From assembly GCA_030426285.1 (NCBI GenBank), contig JAUHYX010000001.1, forward strand, positions 1 through 40,450: a stretch of DNA of 40,450 nt. The letters run 5' to 3'. Below are positions 9,501 through 16,969 of the stretch, piece after piece (position 1 is the stretch's first letter; the number at the start of each line of letters is the position of its first letter). Below the pieces are notes generated by a model. That model made no database searches and was not told where the DNA came from. It worked only from the letters and a program-made list of their open reading frames with translations. The position numbers and the translations under genes are program-made. This stretch comes from a bacterium. Its GTDB lineage: Bacteria; Bacteroidota; Ignavibacteria; Kapaibacteriales; UBA7675.

Positions 9501-9537
9501 CCGCGGTGTTGGTGTGATTACAGACATTCCAATGCAT
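6466..9537 (-). CDS. AddB-like helicase-nuclease subunit (inactivated helicase-like N-terminal region plus RecB-family PD-(D/E)XK nuclease with a 4-Cys cluster)
   Basis: The C-terminus has GIVDRVD...VVDYKTGK (D...D/ExK), QMTLYAAAL (QxxxY), a Cys in YAQCGYKTL, and C-QS-C-DFKTV-C near the end. This is the AddB/RecB nuclease Fe-S arrangement. The track ORF extends to 9648 and would overlap the divergent gene, so I place the start at Met38 (ATG 9537). No intact GxGKT is visible near the N-terminus (VVATGRFKRAL). Confidence 0.7.
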   Translation of the reverse strand: MHWNVCNHTNTAAQSFVTFDSYVGNLHNSSQVGNTHFVVATGRFKRALHKQLIRTEYIRGQGCTDISIDTLDSLIRKTMRLAGLRLRMCTPEQRDYLIVKAISTADLQYFSFNDTVSTAATLRLMHIVAGLRRDGLTAAAMRNDAEAGIVDAKRYEDITAIVERYEELLLASGLHDYASLIVAITQLDSNVAKDLTKNRHIALAGFHEFTEPEIQFLEWLGASENEITLFLEGAQVNDGAFSHVREVTQRLTQQGWYVHSSEQRNSNVCTELHAALFSSSSNKVSRNPGCFQLYKALNPREEVQWITREIVELIRSGIDPAEICVLTRAPEVYSRLLSSACTAANIPFNSSERNTLSSSSLYADIKTVLALPLQGFRTEDLAMACQSPLGRIVLPETSAHVNEICLIAEKMRFNGGFAAGGLQAWNSIIDEACQENGKDVGEELQQFAQNFPRTSQPVQAWTQTLRGLLIESGALSSHVVAFFKTVRELYEHTPGLLSESELLAAAARSFEHVLNTISVYPNILESQDRMHFSEFVATLDMASRRARYNAKEVGEDGVLLTTTEQVRGIDYRIVFLCGMYEGAFPRSYQPEVFLGRELPETSVAFYDREKTDFIIALTNNEDAFAVGTKRVYLSYPMMLQSVETMESSFVRELHFRLPGGIRQADVSNIAAEILPHEFGELNTGIIASDNSEVLQRVNNILAGGISPSFMEQYAQCGYKTLLSRFLRLSEKTEYGLELESRERGLIVHQILDDFLTHVRNEQDQNNGQETSDRQQIQVLGLTPIQLNPEKRSEYLEIIQSITQTYTHSHKSHSAVNTLSIHTLGDGVRTGVLTRLVDQVFDQLFEGEWQVLATEFDLLAANDNTPVQVFDGIAVRGIVDRVDVRRREDTIEMRVVDYKTGKVEQYNQRSYLLGQRFQMTLYAAALEALATQQFGETVSVVSALYVSGAPNLSDSKRSVDIFDASGKYQKSELYEATQSHALAFVDDLKRGVFTLAEKTTYCQSCDFKTVCRVFDKNAIQQRPS

Positions 9538-9585
9538 GACCAAATATAGAACGACAGTATGACTATGCCAATCAAATAGGACGAA

Positions 9586-10710
9586 TTGTTTGTGAACTTT
9601 CTTTGTTACGCAGTTGTGATTGTAGTTGCACTCACAGGAACTTTGCACGCTCAGTGGCGCCAGGTAACTTCTATTCCGATGTCAGCCGTAGAGGCCATTG
9701 ACTCTGTCCAGGGCTTGTACTTGCTAGCTACAGGCAATGGCATATTCCGCTCACAAAATGGACTTACTTGGGTTTCGGCCTCTGTTGGACTTCCCAACAA
9801 GCGATTCGTTGCTTTTGCAGAGCTCAACAATCACATGTACACCGCAGATGCAGCTGGCAACGTGTTTCGAAGTCCAGATGCAGGCACTGTTTGGGTTCCA
9901 CAAGGCAAGATACCCGGATCCTCTCCATTGGTCGAGCTACTTGTTTTTCAAGGAAGTGTGGTTGCGGTAACCAGCTCCAATCTGTATCGTTTGTCCAATA
10001 AAACATGGGTCAATCTTGCAGAGCCTTCACCAAACGAAATTCGCTCAGCAACAGTTATCGGTTCTACCATTCACATTTGTACTTCCAACAAGGGCGTGTG
10101 GTTTCTCGACGACAACCTAGTGTGGCTCAACAACAACAAAGGCTTGTTTGACTTGCAGACTGTTGACATTGTCGAACTCAACGAAACTCTGTATGTGTTA
10201 ACACATGGAAGTGGAGTCTTTTCCTTCGAACCTGGATTAAATCAGTGGCAGCAACTTGGCACGCAGGGTATCGAGGATGGTACGGCAACGACACTATTGG
10301 TGAACAACAACATTCTTGTCTGTGGTTTATTCGACGGCACTGTGTTTTCATATGATGGTCGAAGTCGGTCGTGGGCACCGGTGCACTCCGAAATTGCTGA
10401 GTCGGCCTATCCTACGATTCTATTCACGATACATAGTCAGGTGTTTTGCGGCACTCGACTCCACGGCCTGTGGCGAACTAATCTCAACGAAGTCATTGTG
10501 AACGTAGATGCCGAGAGCGATTCCGATACTGTGCGCAGCAAGGTCTTGTTGAGTGGTGAGTCTCTACATCTTCATGCAACTACAAGGACGAGTATTGGGG
10601 TATTCACTTTGAGCGGCAAACGTATATCTGGGCATATCCTTCAAGCTGGTGAACAATGGACGTATACGTCTGAAATTAGCGCACTCGTTGTGGTAACAGA
10701 TAGCAAATAG
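9586..10710 (+). CDS. Secreted BNR/Asp-box-like beta-propeller protein with a T9SS-type C-terminal sorting domain
   Basis: Signal peptide MFVNFLCYAVVIVVALTGTLHA/Q. About seven repeats of the form GxGhFRSxDxGxxW (GNGIFRSQNGLTW, GNVFRSPDAGTVW, GSGVFSFEPGLNQW, DGTVFSYDGRSRSW...). The last ~72 aa (10492..10707), ...IGVFTLSGKRISGHILQAGEQWTYTSEISALVVVTDSK, fit the T9SS CTD pattern. Confidence 0.65.
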   Translation: MFVNFLCYAVVIVVALTGTLHAQWRQVTSIPMSAVEAIDSVQGLYLLATGNGIFRSQNGLTWVSASVGLPNKRFVAFAELNNHMYTADAAGNVFRSPDAGTVWVPQGKIPGSSPLVELLVFQGSVVAVTSSNLYRLSNKTWVNLAEPSPNEIRSATVIGSTIHICTSNKGVWFLDDNLVWLNNNKGLFDLQTVDIVELNETLYVLTHGSGVFSFEPGLNQWQQLGTQGIEDGTATTLLVNNNILVCGLFDGTVFSYDGRSRSWAPVHSEIAESAYPTILFTIHSQVFCGTRLHGLWRTNLNEVIVNVDAESDSDTVRSKVLLSGESLHLHATTRTSIGVFTLSGKRISGHILQAGEQWTYTSEISALVVVTDSK

Positions 10711-10740
10711 AATTGTTTTCAGGCAAACTGTTTAAAACAG

Positions 10741-10769
10741 AAAAGGCACGATCGAATGTCGTGCCTTTT
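10741..10769. terminator. Bidirectional rho-independent terminator between convergent genes
   Basis: AAAA-GGCACGA-tcgaatg-TCGTGCC-TTTT: a perfect 7-bp GC-rich stem (10745..10751 / 10759..10765) flanked by an A-tract and a T-tract. It lies between the stops at 10710 (+) and 10798 (-). Confidence 0.8.
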
Positions 10770-10797
10770 GAATCTTTTGCTGATGAAGAATCAGTGT

Positions 10798-11178
10798 TTA
10801 CTTCACCTTCATACGCATCTGACGCTCTGTCATACCGCGGAGGTAATACAGCTTCGCGCGTCGTACGCTTCCTTTGTTAACGATGTCAATCCCCTGAATA
10901 GAAGGAGAGTGCAGCGGGAACACACGTTCAACGCCAACACCGTTCGAAATTTTGCGAACGCGGAAAGTTTCGCTAATTCCAGCACCTCTACGAGCAATTA
11001 CAATGCCCCTGAAATACTGAATACGCTCTTTGTTTCCTTCTCTAACGCGAACAGCTACATTTACCGTATCGCCCGGTTTAAAATCCGGAATAACTACCGC
11101 TTCACCACTGTTGTTTTCTTTGCGCATCTCATCAGTTTCTGAGATGGCCATTGCGCTAATAACGTCAATACTTTTCAT
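10798..11178 (-). CDS. rplS: 50S ribosomal protein L19
   Basis: [82 protein letters not shown] aligns with bacterial L19. AGGTG Shine-Dalgarno upstream. Confidence 0.95.
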   Translation of the reverse strand: MKSIDVISAMAISETDEMRKENNSGEAVVIPDFKPGDTVNVAVRVREGNKERIQYFRGIVIARRGAGISETFRVRKISNGVGVERVFPLHSPSIQGIDIVNKGSVRRAKLYYLRGMTERQMRMKVK

Positions 11179-11269
11179 AGTTGTTCACCTACATTTCAAT
11201 CAAGTGCAGACTCCAAATTTACGACTCTGTTTTTAAAGCTCCAAGCATTTTTTGAAATTATCCACATTC

Positions 11270-11869
11270 TTAGCTTTTCCCTTGATAGGCTTTCAAGGAC
11301 TTTACTATGTACTTGCCAATCATATCGAACTCAATGTTGATGGTATCGCCGACACGATAATTGGAAAGCGTTGTTTGAGAAAGTGTATGTGGGATCAGCG
11401 CAACAGTGAGGATGTTTTCGTGCAAACGAGCAACAGTGAGAGAAACACCTGCGAGTGTTACTGAGCCTGTTTCTACAACCAGTTGCTGGTGCTCGCGGGG
11501 AAAGGAAACTGAAAACAGTAGAGACTCACCGTCTAGCTGCAACTCTTGCACGATTCCGGTTGTGTCTACATGTCCTTGTACAAAGTGTCCACCAAATCTA
11601 CCCGAACCGATAGCCCGTTCAAGATTCACAACGCTGCCTGCATCGAGCTGCCCCATTGTTGTCTTTCGCAGAGTTTCCGGGATAGATTGCACATCAAACC
11701 AATCGTCTCCAAAAGCAACAACTGTGTGACACGCTCCATCTATACTGATACTGTCGTCTATGCTAACATCTGAGCACATCAGAGCATCTTGCACTCTTGT
11801 GAGTTGCCCTCCCTCGTTCTTCGCCACTGAAACGACAGTACCCACGGACTCAACCAAACCTGTAAACAT
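11270..11869 (-). CDS. ribE: Riboflavin synthase (alpha chain)
   Basis: MFTGLVESVGTV..., two lumazine-binding repeats (SIDGACHTV / VTLAGVSLTV), 199 aa. Confidence 0.9.
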   Translation of the reverse strand: MFTGLVESVGTVVSVAKNEGGQLTRVQDALMCSDVSIDDSISIDGACHTVVAFGDDWFDVQSIPETLRKTTMGQLDAGSVVNLERAIGSGRFGGHFVQGHVDTTGIVQELQLDGESLLFSVSFPREHQQLVVETGSVTLAGVSLTVARLHENILTVALIPHTLSQTTLSNYRVGDTINIEFDMIGKYIVKSLKAYQGKS

Positions 11870-12016
11870 GTCATGCTTCCTAAACTTCTGAACATCGAAA
11901 TAGACAACGAATCAAGCTCGAAGTACGTGCACACACATACTGTGCTTGTAGCAGGAGTGAAAAATGCGTAGTTTTTGGTGAGCTAAAATTATGCCAAAAG
12001 CAGCGGAAGAGTAAAA

Positions 12017-12580
12017 GTGATTGTTGTCGATGATTTACTGGTAGAGCCAAAGGTTCTTTCCACCAAGTTCATGTGTGATGTAAAGAAGTGCAAAGGCGCT
12101 TGTTGCACGATGCCTGGTGGAAGTGGAGCTCCGTTGTCGGCAAACGAACTCGAGTTGATCGACAGCGCCCTCGAGCTCGTAAAGGATCAGTTGCTCCCTG
12201 AAGCGCGCGCGCTGATTGAGAAGAAGGGGGCTTGGGAAGAAGAAGACGGCAAGTATTACACCACTTGCGTTGATAAAAAGGCTTGCGTGTTTGTGGTTTA
12301 CAACAAGGATGGCATAGCGCAATGCTCCATTGAGAAAGCATGGCATGCTGGGCACACTGACTGGAGAAAACCAATATCGTGTCACCTGTTTCCAGTGCGG
12401 GTTGCAGATTTTGGTGGCCCTTACTTGCACTATGAAGAGATTGAGGAATGCGAAGACGGACGCGCGCTCGGTGAGCGAGAAGAGTTAAGTCTCATTGAAT
12501 CTCTGCAAGAGCCACTTATTCGAGCATTTGGTGAGCAAGCCTATGAGAAGCTGAAAGAGGCTGCGGAGAAGCGAATATGA
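12017..12580 (+). CDS. DUF3109-like Cys-rich protein
   Basis: 187 aa. VLSTKFMCDVKKCKGACCTMPGGSGAPLSANELELI matches my memory of the DUF3109 N-terminal CxGACC motif, and further conserved Cys follow (TCVDKKACVF, CSIEKA, CHLFP). GTG start; the stop overlaps the rpoN ATG (ATGA). Confidence 0.55.
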   Translation: MIVVDDLLVEPKVLSTKFMCDVKKCKGACCTMPGGSGAPLSANELELIDSALELVKDQLLPEARALIEKKGAWEEEDGKYYTTCVDKKACVFVVYNKDGIAQCSIEKAWHAGHTDWRKPISCHLFPVRVADFGGPYLHYEEIEECEDGRALGEREELSLIESLQEPLIRAFGEQAYEKLKEAAEKRI

Positions 12581-14196
12581 GCGTATCACTGCATCTAAAG
12601 ACCGCCCAAACCCAGAACCTTGCTCCACAGATGGTTCAATATCAGAAGCTTCTGCAGATGAACAGCCTGCAGTTGCTGTCTCACATCAAGCACGAGCTAG
12701 AAATGAACCCTATGCTCGAAGAATCCGATGATTCGCTGGGCGCTGAACTCGAAGATCGCGACATTACCGAACCAGAATTTGATCGCGAAGAGCACGAGTC
12801 GGATAGCAATTTGTTAGAGACAGATGAATGGACGCGGAACAGCGAAGATGGCTCAGACCCAAATGAGAATTCCTGGCAGGATTTTATAGAAGATGACTCG
12901 CGCAAACACGGTTCATCGAGCTACGAAGATGATGACTACGAGATTCCGATTCGAGACGAACCTACATTTGTAGACGATCTCTTGACACAGTTTGCTTTGC
13001 TTGATGTAACCCAAGAATTCAAAATCGCCGCAGAAACCATCTTATTTAATGTCGAGAGCTCTGGGTACTTGCAAGCAGAACCTGACGCACTCAGAGAAGA
13101 CATTAATTTGCGCATCGACAACGAAAACTTAGAGATTTTGAGTCAGCACCCCGGCGATCCTATTCCACCTGGAATGATGCCGAGCTTTCTCTCTGAGGCA
13201 GACTATGTTAAATGGGTTGCCCGCATGCGCGGTGTAAAGCTTCTCAACCACTTAAATGACAGTGAAGTTGAAGAAGTACGCCACACCATTCAAACTTTGG
13301 ATCCACCTGGCATTGGTTCTAGAACCCTGCAAGAGTGCTTAATCATTCAGCTTCAGGCTCGAGAAAAACTAGATGCTGCCGGCAAGTTAGCTCTATTGCT
13401 TTTGCAGGAAGAATGGAGCGCTTTCAGCATGAAACACTACGACGAAGTCATGCATAGGTTGGAGGTGTCACCTGAATATTTACAAGAAGCCATTGATGAG
13501 ATCAGAAGATTAAATCCAAAACCAGGAGGTGGTTTTGGTGACTCAGGAGCAAAAGCTGTCACACCAGAATTTGAAGTTGTGTACGACGAGAAGGAAGACG
13601 ACTTTATCGTTTCCGTCACCAATTCAAGCCTTCCTGAGATTCGCATCAACAAAAGCTACGAAGCTATGCGAAAGCAGGCACGAAAAAAGAAGTTTAACCA
13701 AGAAACCAAACAGTGGTTAAAGGCGCGCCTCGACGATGCGAAGTTCCTCATGCAAGCGCTTAACCAGCGCCGTGAAACCATGCGCAAGGTTATTACGGCA
13801 ATTGTGCATAGACAAAAAGCATTTTTCATTGAAGGTGAGTCAGGCTTAAAACCTCTCATCTATATGGATGTTGCTGAAGATACGGGATTGGATATTTCGA
13901 CAATCTCTCGTGTCGTGAGTGGCAAATACATACAAACAGAATTTGGCTTGTTTGAAATGCGATACTTCTTTAGCGAGTCTATGACAAATAGCAGTGGCGA
14001 AGAAGTAAGCACTCGTATTATCAAGAACAAGTTGAAGGAGATCATTGACAAAGAGAGCAAAAAGAAGCCTCTCAGTGATCAGAAACTAACAATAGCAATG
14101 AAGGATGCGGGATTCGAGATTGCCAGAAGAACCGTCGCAAAATACAGAGAACAAATGAACATACCGGTTGCCCGCTTACGCAAGGAGATTTCATAG
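12577..14196 (+). CDS. rpoN: RNA polymerase sigma-54 factor
   Basis: Region I LKTAQTQNLAPQMVQYQKLLQMNSLQL, an acidic region II, a core-binding region, and the C-terminal RpoN box ARRTVAKYREQMNIPVARLRK. Confidence 0.95.
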   Translation: MSVSLHLKTAQTQNLAPQMVQYQKLLQMNSLQLLSHIKHELEMNPMLEESDDSLGAELEDRDITEPEFDREEHESDSNLLETDEWTRNSEDGSDPNENSWQDFIEDDSRKHGSSSYEDDDYEIPIRDEPTFVDDLLTQFALLDVTQEFKIAAETILFNVESSGYLQAEPDALREDINLRIDNENLEILSQHPGDPIPPGMMPSFLSEADYVKWVARMRGVKLLNHLNDSEVEEVRHTIQTLDPPGIGSRTLQECLIIQLQAREKLDAAGKLALLLLQEEWSAFSMKHYDEVMHRLEVSPEYLQEAIDEIRRLNPKPGGGFGDSGAKAVTPEFEVVYDEKEDDFIVSVTNSSLPEIRINKSYEAMRKQARKKKFNQETKQWLKARLDDAKFLMQALNQRRETMRKVITAIVHRQKAFFIEGESGLKPLIYMDVAEDTGLDISTISRVVSGKYIQTEFGLFEMRYFFSESMTNSSGEEVSTRIIKNKLKEIIDKESKKKPLSDQKLTIAMKDAGFEIARRTVAKYREQMNIPVARLRKEIS

Positions 14197-14525
14197 TGTT
14201 CAAACAATGCATTGTAGTTCTTTTTGCTCTTGCGGCGTGTGGTTGCCAGGATACCGAGGAAACCTTGGTTGATTCAGAGTTGGTACAAGTGTACACAGAT
14301 ATTCTGTTGATTCGCGCAGAACACAGCGACACAGCCATAGCCAATCCCATGGTGGATTCTACCTTGGCAGCTCATTCTTACACATATGAAAGTTATGAAA
14401 AGGAGTGGAAGGCACTGTACGCTAAGCATGGCCCCACATTGATTCATTTTCTTGACTCTGTCAAGGTTAGTCTTCAATCTAGCCAACTGGAACAAGACAC
14501 TACTAATGGGATATCTAACCCCTGA
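14196..14525 (+). CDS. Small lipoprotein (DUF4296-like)
   Basis: MFKQCIVVLFALAACGCQD has a lipobox (LAAC). The body (LVQVYTDILLIRAEHS...YESYEKEWKALYAKHGPTLIHFLDSV) resembles the small Bacteroidetes DUF4296 lipoproteins. The GTG start overlaps the rpoN stop. Confidence 0.5.
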   Translation: MFKQCIVVLFALAACGCQDTEETLVDSELVQVYTDILLIRAEHSDTAIANPMVDSTLAAHSYTYESYEKEWKALYAKHGPTLIHFLDSVKVSLQSSQLEQDTTNGISNP

Positions 14526-14581
14526 CATATACATGTGTCATAGAAGTAAAGAAAAACTTCTCGCATTTATCACGCTCAGAC

Positions 14582-14610
14582 TTGTGCAGCCTTTTCTTGC
14601 TTGGTATACT
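14582..14610 (+). promoter_or_regulatory. Candidate sigma-70-type promoter for the DUF3127/FKBP genes
   Basis: TTGTGC (14582..14587), 17-nt spacer, then TGG-TATACT (extended -10; -10 hexamer at 14605..14610). This lies 46 nt upstream of ATG 14656, which is preceded by GAGG. Sequence pattern only. Confidence 0.35.
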
Positions 14611-14655
14611 GTTTTCGTATCTTTGCGATCACCAATATTATCATAGAGGTTAGTT

Positions 14656-15093
14656 ATGCGTTTCGAAGTTGATGGAAAACTTCACAAAGTTTTTGACACA
14701 CAAGAAATTAACGAGCGTTTTAGAAAACGAGAATTTGTACTCGAGATCCAAGATGGTGCGTACATGTCGTATCCAAAGTTTGAACTTACACAGAATGCAG
14801 TAAGCATTTTGGACAACTTCAAAGAGGGTGATATTGTACATGTGACATTTGGCCTAAGTGGTCGACCATATACCAACAAAGAAGGTCAGGAGATGTATTT
14901 TACATCGCTCCGTTCATGGCGTATTGAATATGCTCAGATGAACCAACCACAACAAGGTTATGGTCAAAACCCTCAGCAGCAGAGCGGGAATTATCAGCAA
15001 CAACCACAGGTTAATTCTCAACAAGCAGGGTATTCTCAAGCGCCACCAGCTCCGCAGCAATCTCAGGGTGCAGATGACGATTTGCCGTTTTAA
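14656..15093 (+). CDS. DUF3127-like OB-fold-type protein with an SSB-like disordered linker and acidic C-terminal tip
   Basis: The N-terminal ~92 aa (MRFEVDGKLHKVFDTQEINERFRKREFVLEIQD...YFTSLRSWRIE) fit the DUF3127 pattern. aa 93-139 are Q/P/G-rich. The last six residues are DDDLPF. Confidence 0.65.
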   Translation: MRFEVDGKLHKVFDTQEINERFRKREFVLEIQDGAYMSYPKFELTQNAVSILDNFKEGDIVHVTFGLSGRPYTNKEGQEMYFTSLRSWRIEYAQMNQPQQGYGQNPQQQSGNYQQQPQVNSQQAGYSQAPPAPQQSQGADDDLPF

Positions 15094-15119
15094 TTTTACA
15101 CACATCGACATATAGAAAC

Positions 15120-16022
15120 ATGATATTAAATAGGTACCGTTCTCTACAGCTAGTTGTTCTCACTTTGGTTGTTTCGTCTCTTTGGTCTTGCAATAAGACA
15201 GAGGATGCAATCGAAAACGTGTCAAGTGAAATTCAGTATCAAGTCGTTGATATTGTTGAGGGTACAGGAGTCGCAGCTGAACCAGGCAAATTGCTAGATA
15301 TGAATTTCGCAATTTACATGATCCCAGATACTGCAACGGGCTTAACCAATCGATGGGAAGGTGATACTGCTTATAAGGAATACTTGGTCATAAATTCAAA
15401 GCACTCACCAGAGAATAATCGACCTGCTCTTTACGATGGGAACTCGTTGTTTCCAGGTCTGTATGATGGTTTAGAGGGTATGAAAGAAGGCGGTATTCGT
15501 ATCATAGTTTGCCCATCAGAACGTGCATTTGGTGAAACAGGTAACGGTGAGGTTCCACCAAATACTCCGATCAAAGTTGAAGTTGAGTTGGCCAGTGTCG
15601 ATACGATTCGCGACATCACGCCAGTTGACTGGAGCAAAGCGGAACGTTCAAATGACGGATTGCAATGGGTGATTCTTGATGAAGGATCTGGTCCAAGAGT
15701 AAAAGAAGGTTATGGAATCATTTTCAATGCAATCGGAAAAGTTGTGGAAACTGGTGAGACTTTTGACAATACTTGGGTAACAGGTAAACCGCAAAGAATG
15801 GTAGTAGGGGACGTTGCGAATCCTGTGTTCCCTGGAATTGTTGATGCGGTACTAAAGTTAAGAGTGGGTGGAAGAGGAAGGTTTTTAATGCCATCTAATC
15901 TCACTTACGGAAACAAGCCACCGAACGAATTCTTTCCACCAAATGGGACTTTGGAATTTGAAATCGAAATTGTCAGTATGTCTGACGATGTTATTGACAT
16001 TCCAGGCGACAACGCACTATAA
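15120..16022 (+). CDS. FKBP-type peptidyl-prolyl cis-trans isomerase lipoprotein (two FKBP domains)
   Basis: Lipobox SLWSC. The second domain, DGLQWVILDEGSGPRVKEGYGIIFNAIGKVVETGETFDNTW...PGIVDAVLKLRVGGRGRFLMPSNLTYG...GTLEFEIEIVSM, is canonical FKBP_C. The first domain is more divergent. Confidence 0.8.
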   Translation: MILNRYRSLQLVVLTLVVSSLWSCNKTEDAIENVSSEIQYQVVDIVEGTGVAAEPGKLLDMNFAIYMIPDTATGLTNRWEGDTAYKEYLVINSKHSPENNRPALYDGNSLFPGLYDGLEGMKEGGIRIIVCPSERAFGETGNGEVPPNTPIKVEVELASVDTIRDITPVDWSKAERSNDGLQWVILDEGSGPRVKEGYGIIFNAIGKVVETGETFDNTWVTGKPQRMVVGDVANPVFPGIVDAVLKLRVGGRGRFLMPSNLTYGNKPPNEFFPPNGTLEFEIEIVSMSDDVIDIPGDNAL

Positions 16023-16026
16023 TTTA

Positions 16027-16965
16027 TCATTGGATTCTGATGGTATTAACACCTGTTTCACCTGCTTGAAGCGACTTGTATACAATAGTACCGTCATTTT
16101 GTATGGCGGTACTGTACCTCCCATGTAGGTCTACAACACCTAAGGCATCACTTTTTACGAATACCTCCACAGACTGTCCGGAAATTTCTGTAGAACAAGA
16201 TGCACTGTGATGCGAAATTTCTAGAGTGACATCTTCTCGTACGTAGTTGTTTCCCGCTATGGTTAGCTGTTTTTCTTCTATATCTATATCACCTAGAAAT
16301 TGACCAATACAATTGAACAGACTATTGTTAAAGGTGATTTCTGCATTGGTATCCTCTAGGTTAAGGCGTGTATCCGACGCTTCGAGATATCTGCATTCTC
16401 CACTAACTCTGAGAGTAGCCTGACCAATTGTAATGTTTGCTACACCTTGTAAGGATTCAATTTTCACTTTACTATTGGTACCGAAATAGTCTAAGTTTCC
16501 CCTTTCCACTTTTTGTATGCTAAGTGTACCGGTTACTTGCCTAATTCTGCCTTCTGAACTGATAGTATCCAATTCAACTCGTCCTGAAGATGCGCTTATA
16601 TTCACAGGAGCAGATGCTTGTCCCTTGTGAATAACAACACCATCTAGTGTCTTTATATCAACAAAAACGTCCTGGGATATCTCCACTGCAATTTGTTCGT
16701 TTCCGAAATTCCACGTATCTGGTTCGTAAATGAATACACATGAAGTCTTTGTTACGGTACACGTGACTGCTGTTTTATCGACATTTGCTGAGACTATTCT
16801 GCAATTGTTGCTTGTGGTCTGACGTAATTCAATCCTTCCGTGGTCAACGACAAGAAACACCGAATCTACATTCCCCATTGAGATTGTGTCTTGGGCGACA
16901 AGTTGGAGTGCAAATGTACTGATAGATAGAAAGATCAGTATGGGTAGAGTGAACGTCAACTTCAT
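16027..16965 (-). CDS. Secreted Cys-containing hypothetical protein (possibly beta-helical, DUF4097-like)
   Basis: Signal peptide MKLTFTLPILIFLSISTFALQLVA/Q. Repetitive short-strand segments (SSGRVELDTISSEGRIRQVTGTLSIQKVERGNLDYFGTNSKVKIESLQGVANITIGQATLRVSG). Eight Cys. The start lies 4 nt after the upstream methyltransferase stop. Function not recognised. Confidence 0.5.
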   Translation of the reverse strand: MKLTFTLPILIFLSISTFALQLVAQDTISMGNVDSVFLVVDHGRIELRQTTSNNCRIVSANVDKTAVTCTVTKTSCVFIYEPDTWNFGNEQIAVEISQDVFVDIKTLDGVVIHKGQASAPVNISASSGRVELDTISSEGRIRQVTGTLSIQKVERGNLDYFGTNSKVKIESLQGVANITIGQATLRVSGECRYLEASDTRLNLEDTNAEITFNNSLFNCIGQFLGDIDIEEKQLTIAGNNYVREDVTLEISHHSASCSTEISGQSVEVFVKSDALGVVDLHGRYSTAIQNDGTIVYKSLQAGETGVNTIRIQ

Positions 16966-16969
16966 GGAA

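Noticed and set aside
9538-9648. N-terminal 37 codons of the track ORF for the AddB-like gene (MQSSCECNYNHNCVTKKV...)
   Set aside because: This extension overlaps the start of the divergent secreted-propeller gene and looks non-protein-like (Cys/Asn/His-rich). Met38 at 9537 is the more plausible start.
11179-11269. Possible L19-leader-type RNA structure or terminator between ribE and rplS
   Set aside because: Only an imperfect 7-bp pairing with an internal mismatch and duplicated TTGGAG words were found. There is no convincing stem-loop on the transcribed (minus) strand.
11870-12016. Possible FMN (RFN) riboswitch upstream of ribE
   Set aside because: The 147-nt leader on the minus strand shows none of the conserved RFN core elements (no GGGCGGGG/CCCACCGG-type helices). 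It is more likely a plain divergent promoter region.
12700-12960. Highly acidic insertion in RpoN (EESDDSLGAELEDRDITEPEFDREEHESDSN...)
   Set aside because: This corresponds to the naturally variable, acidic region II of sigma-54 and is not an anomaly.
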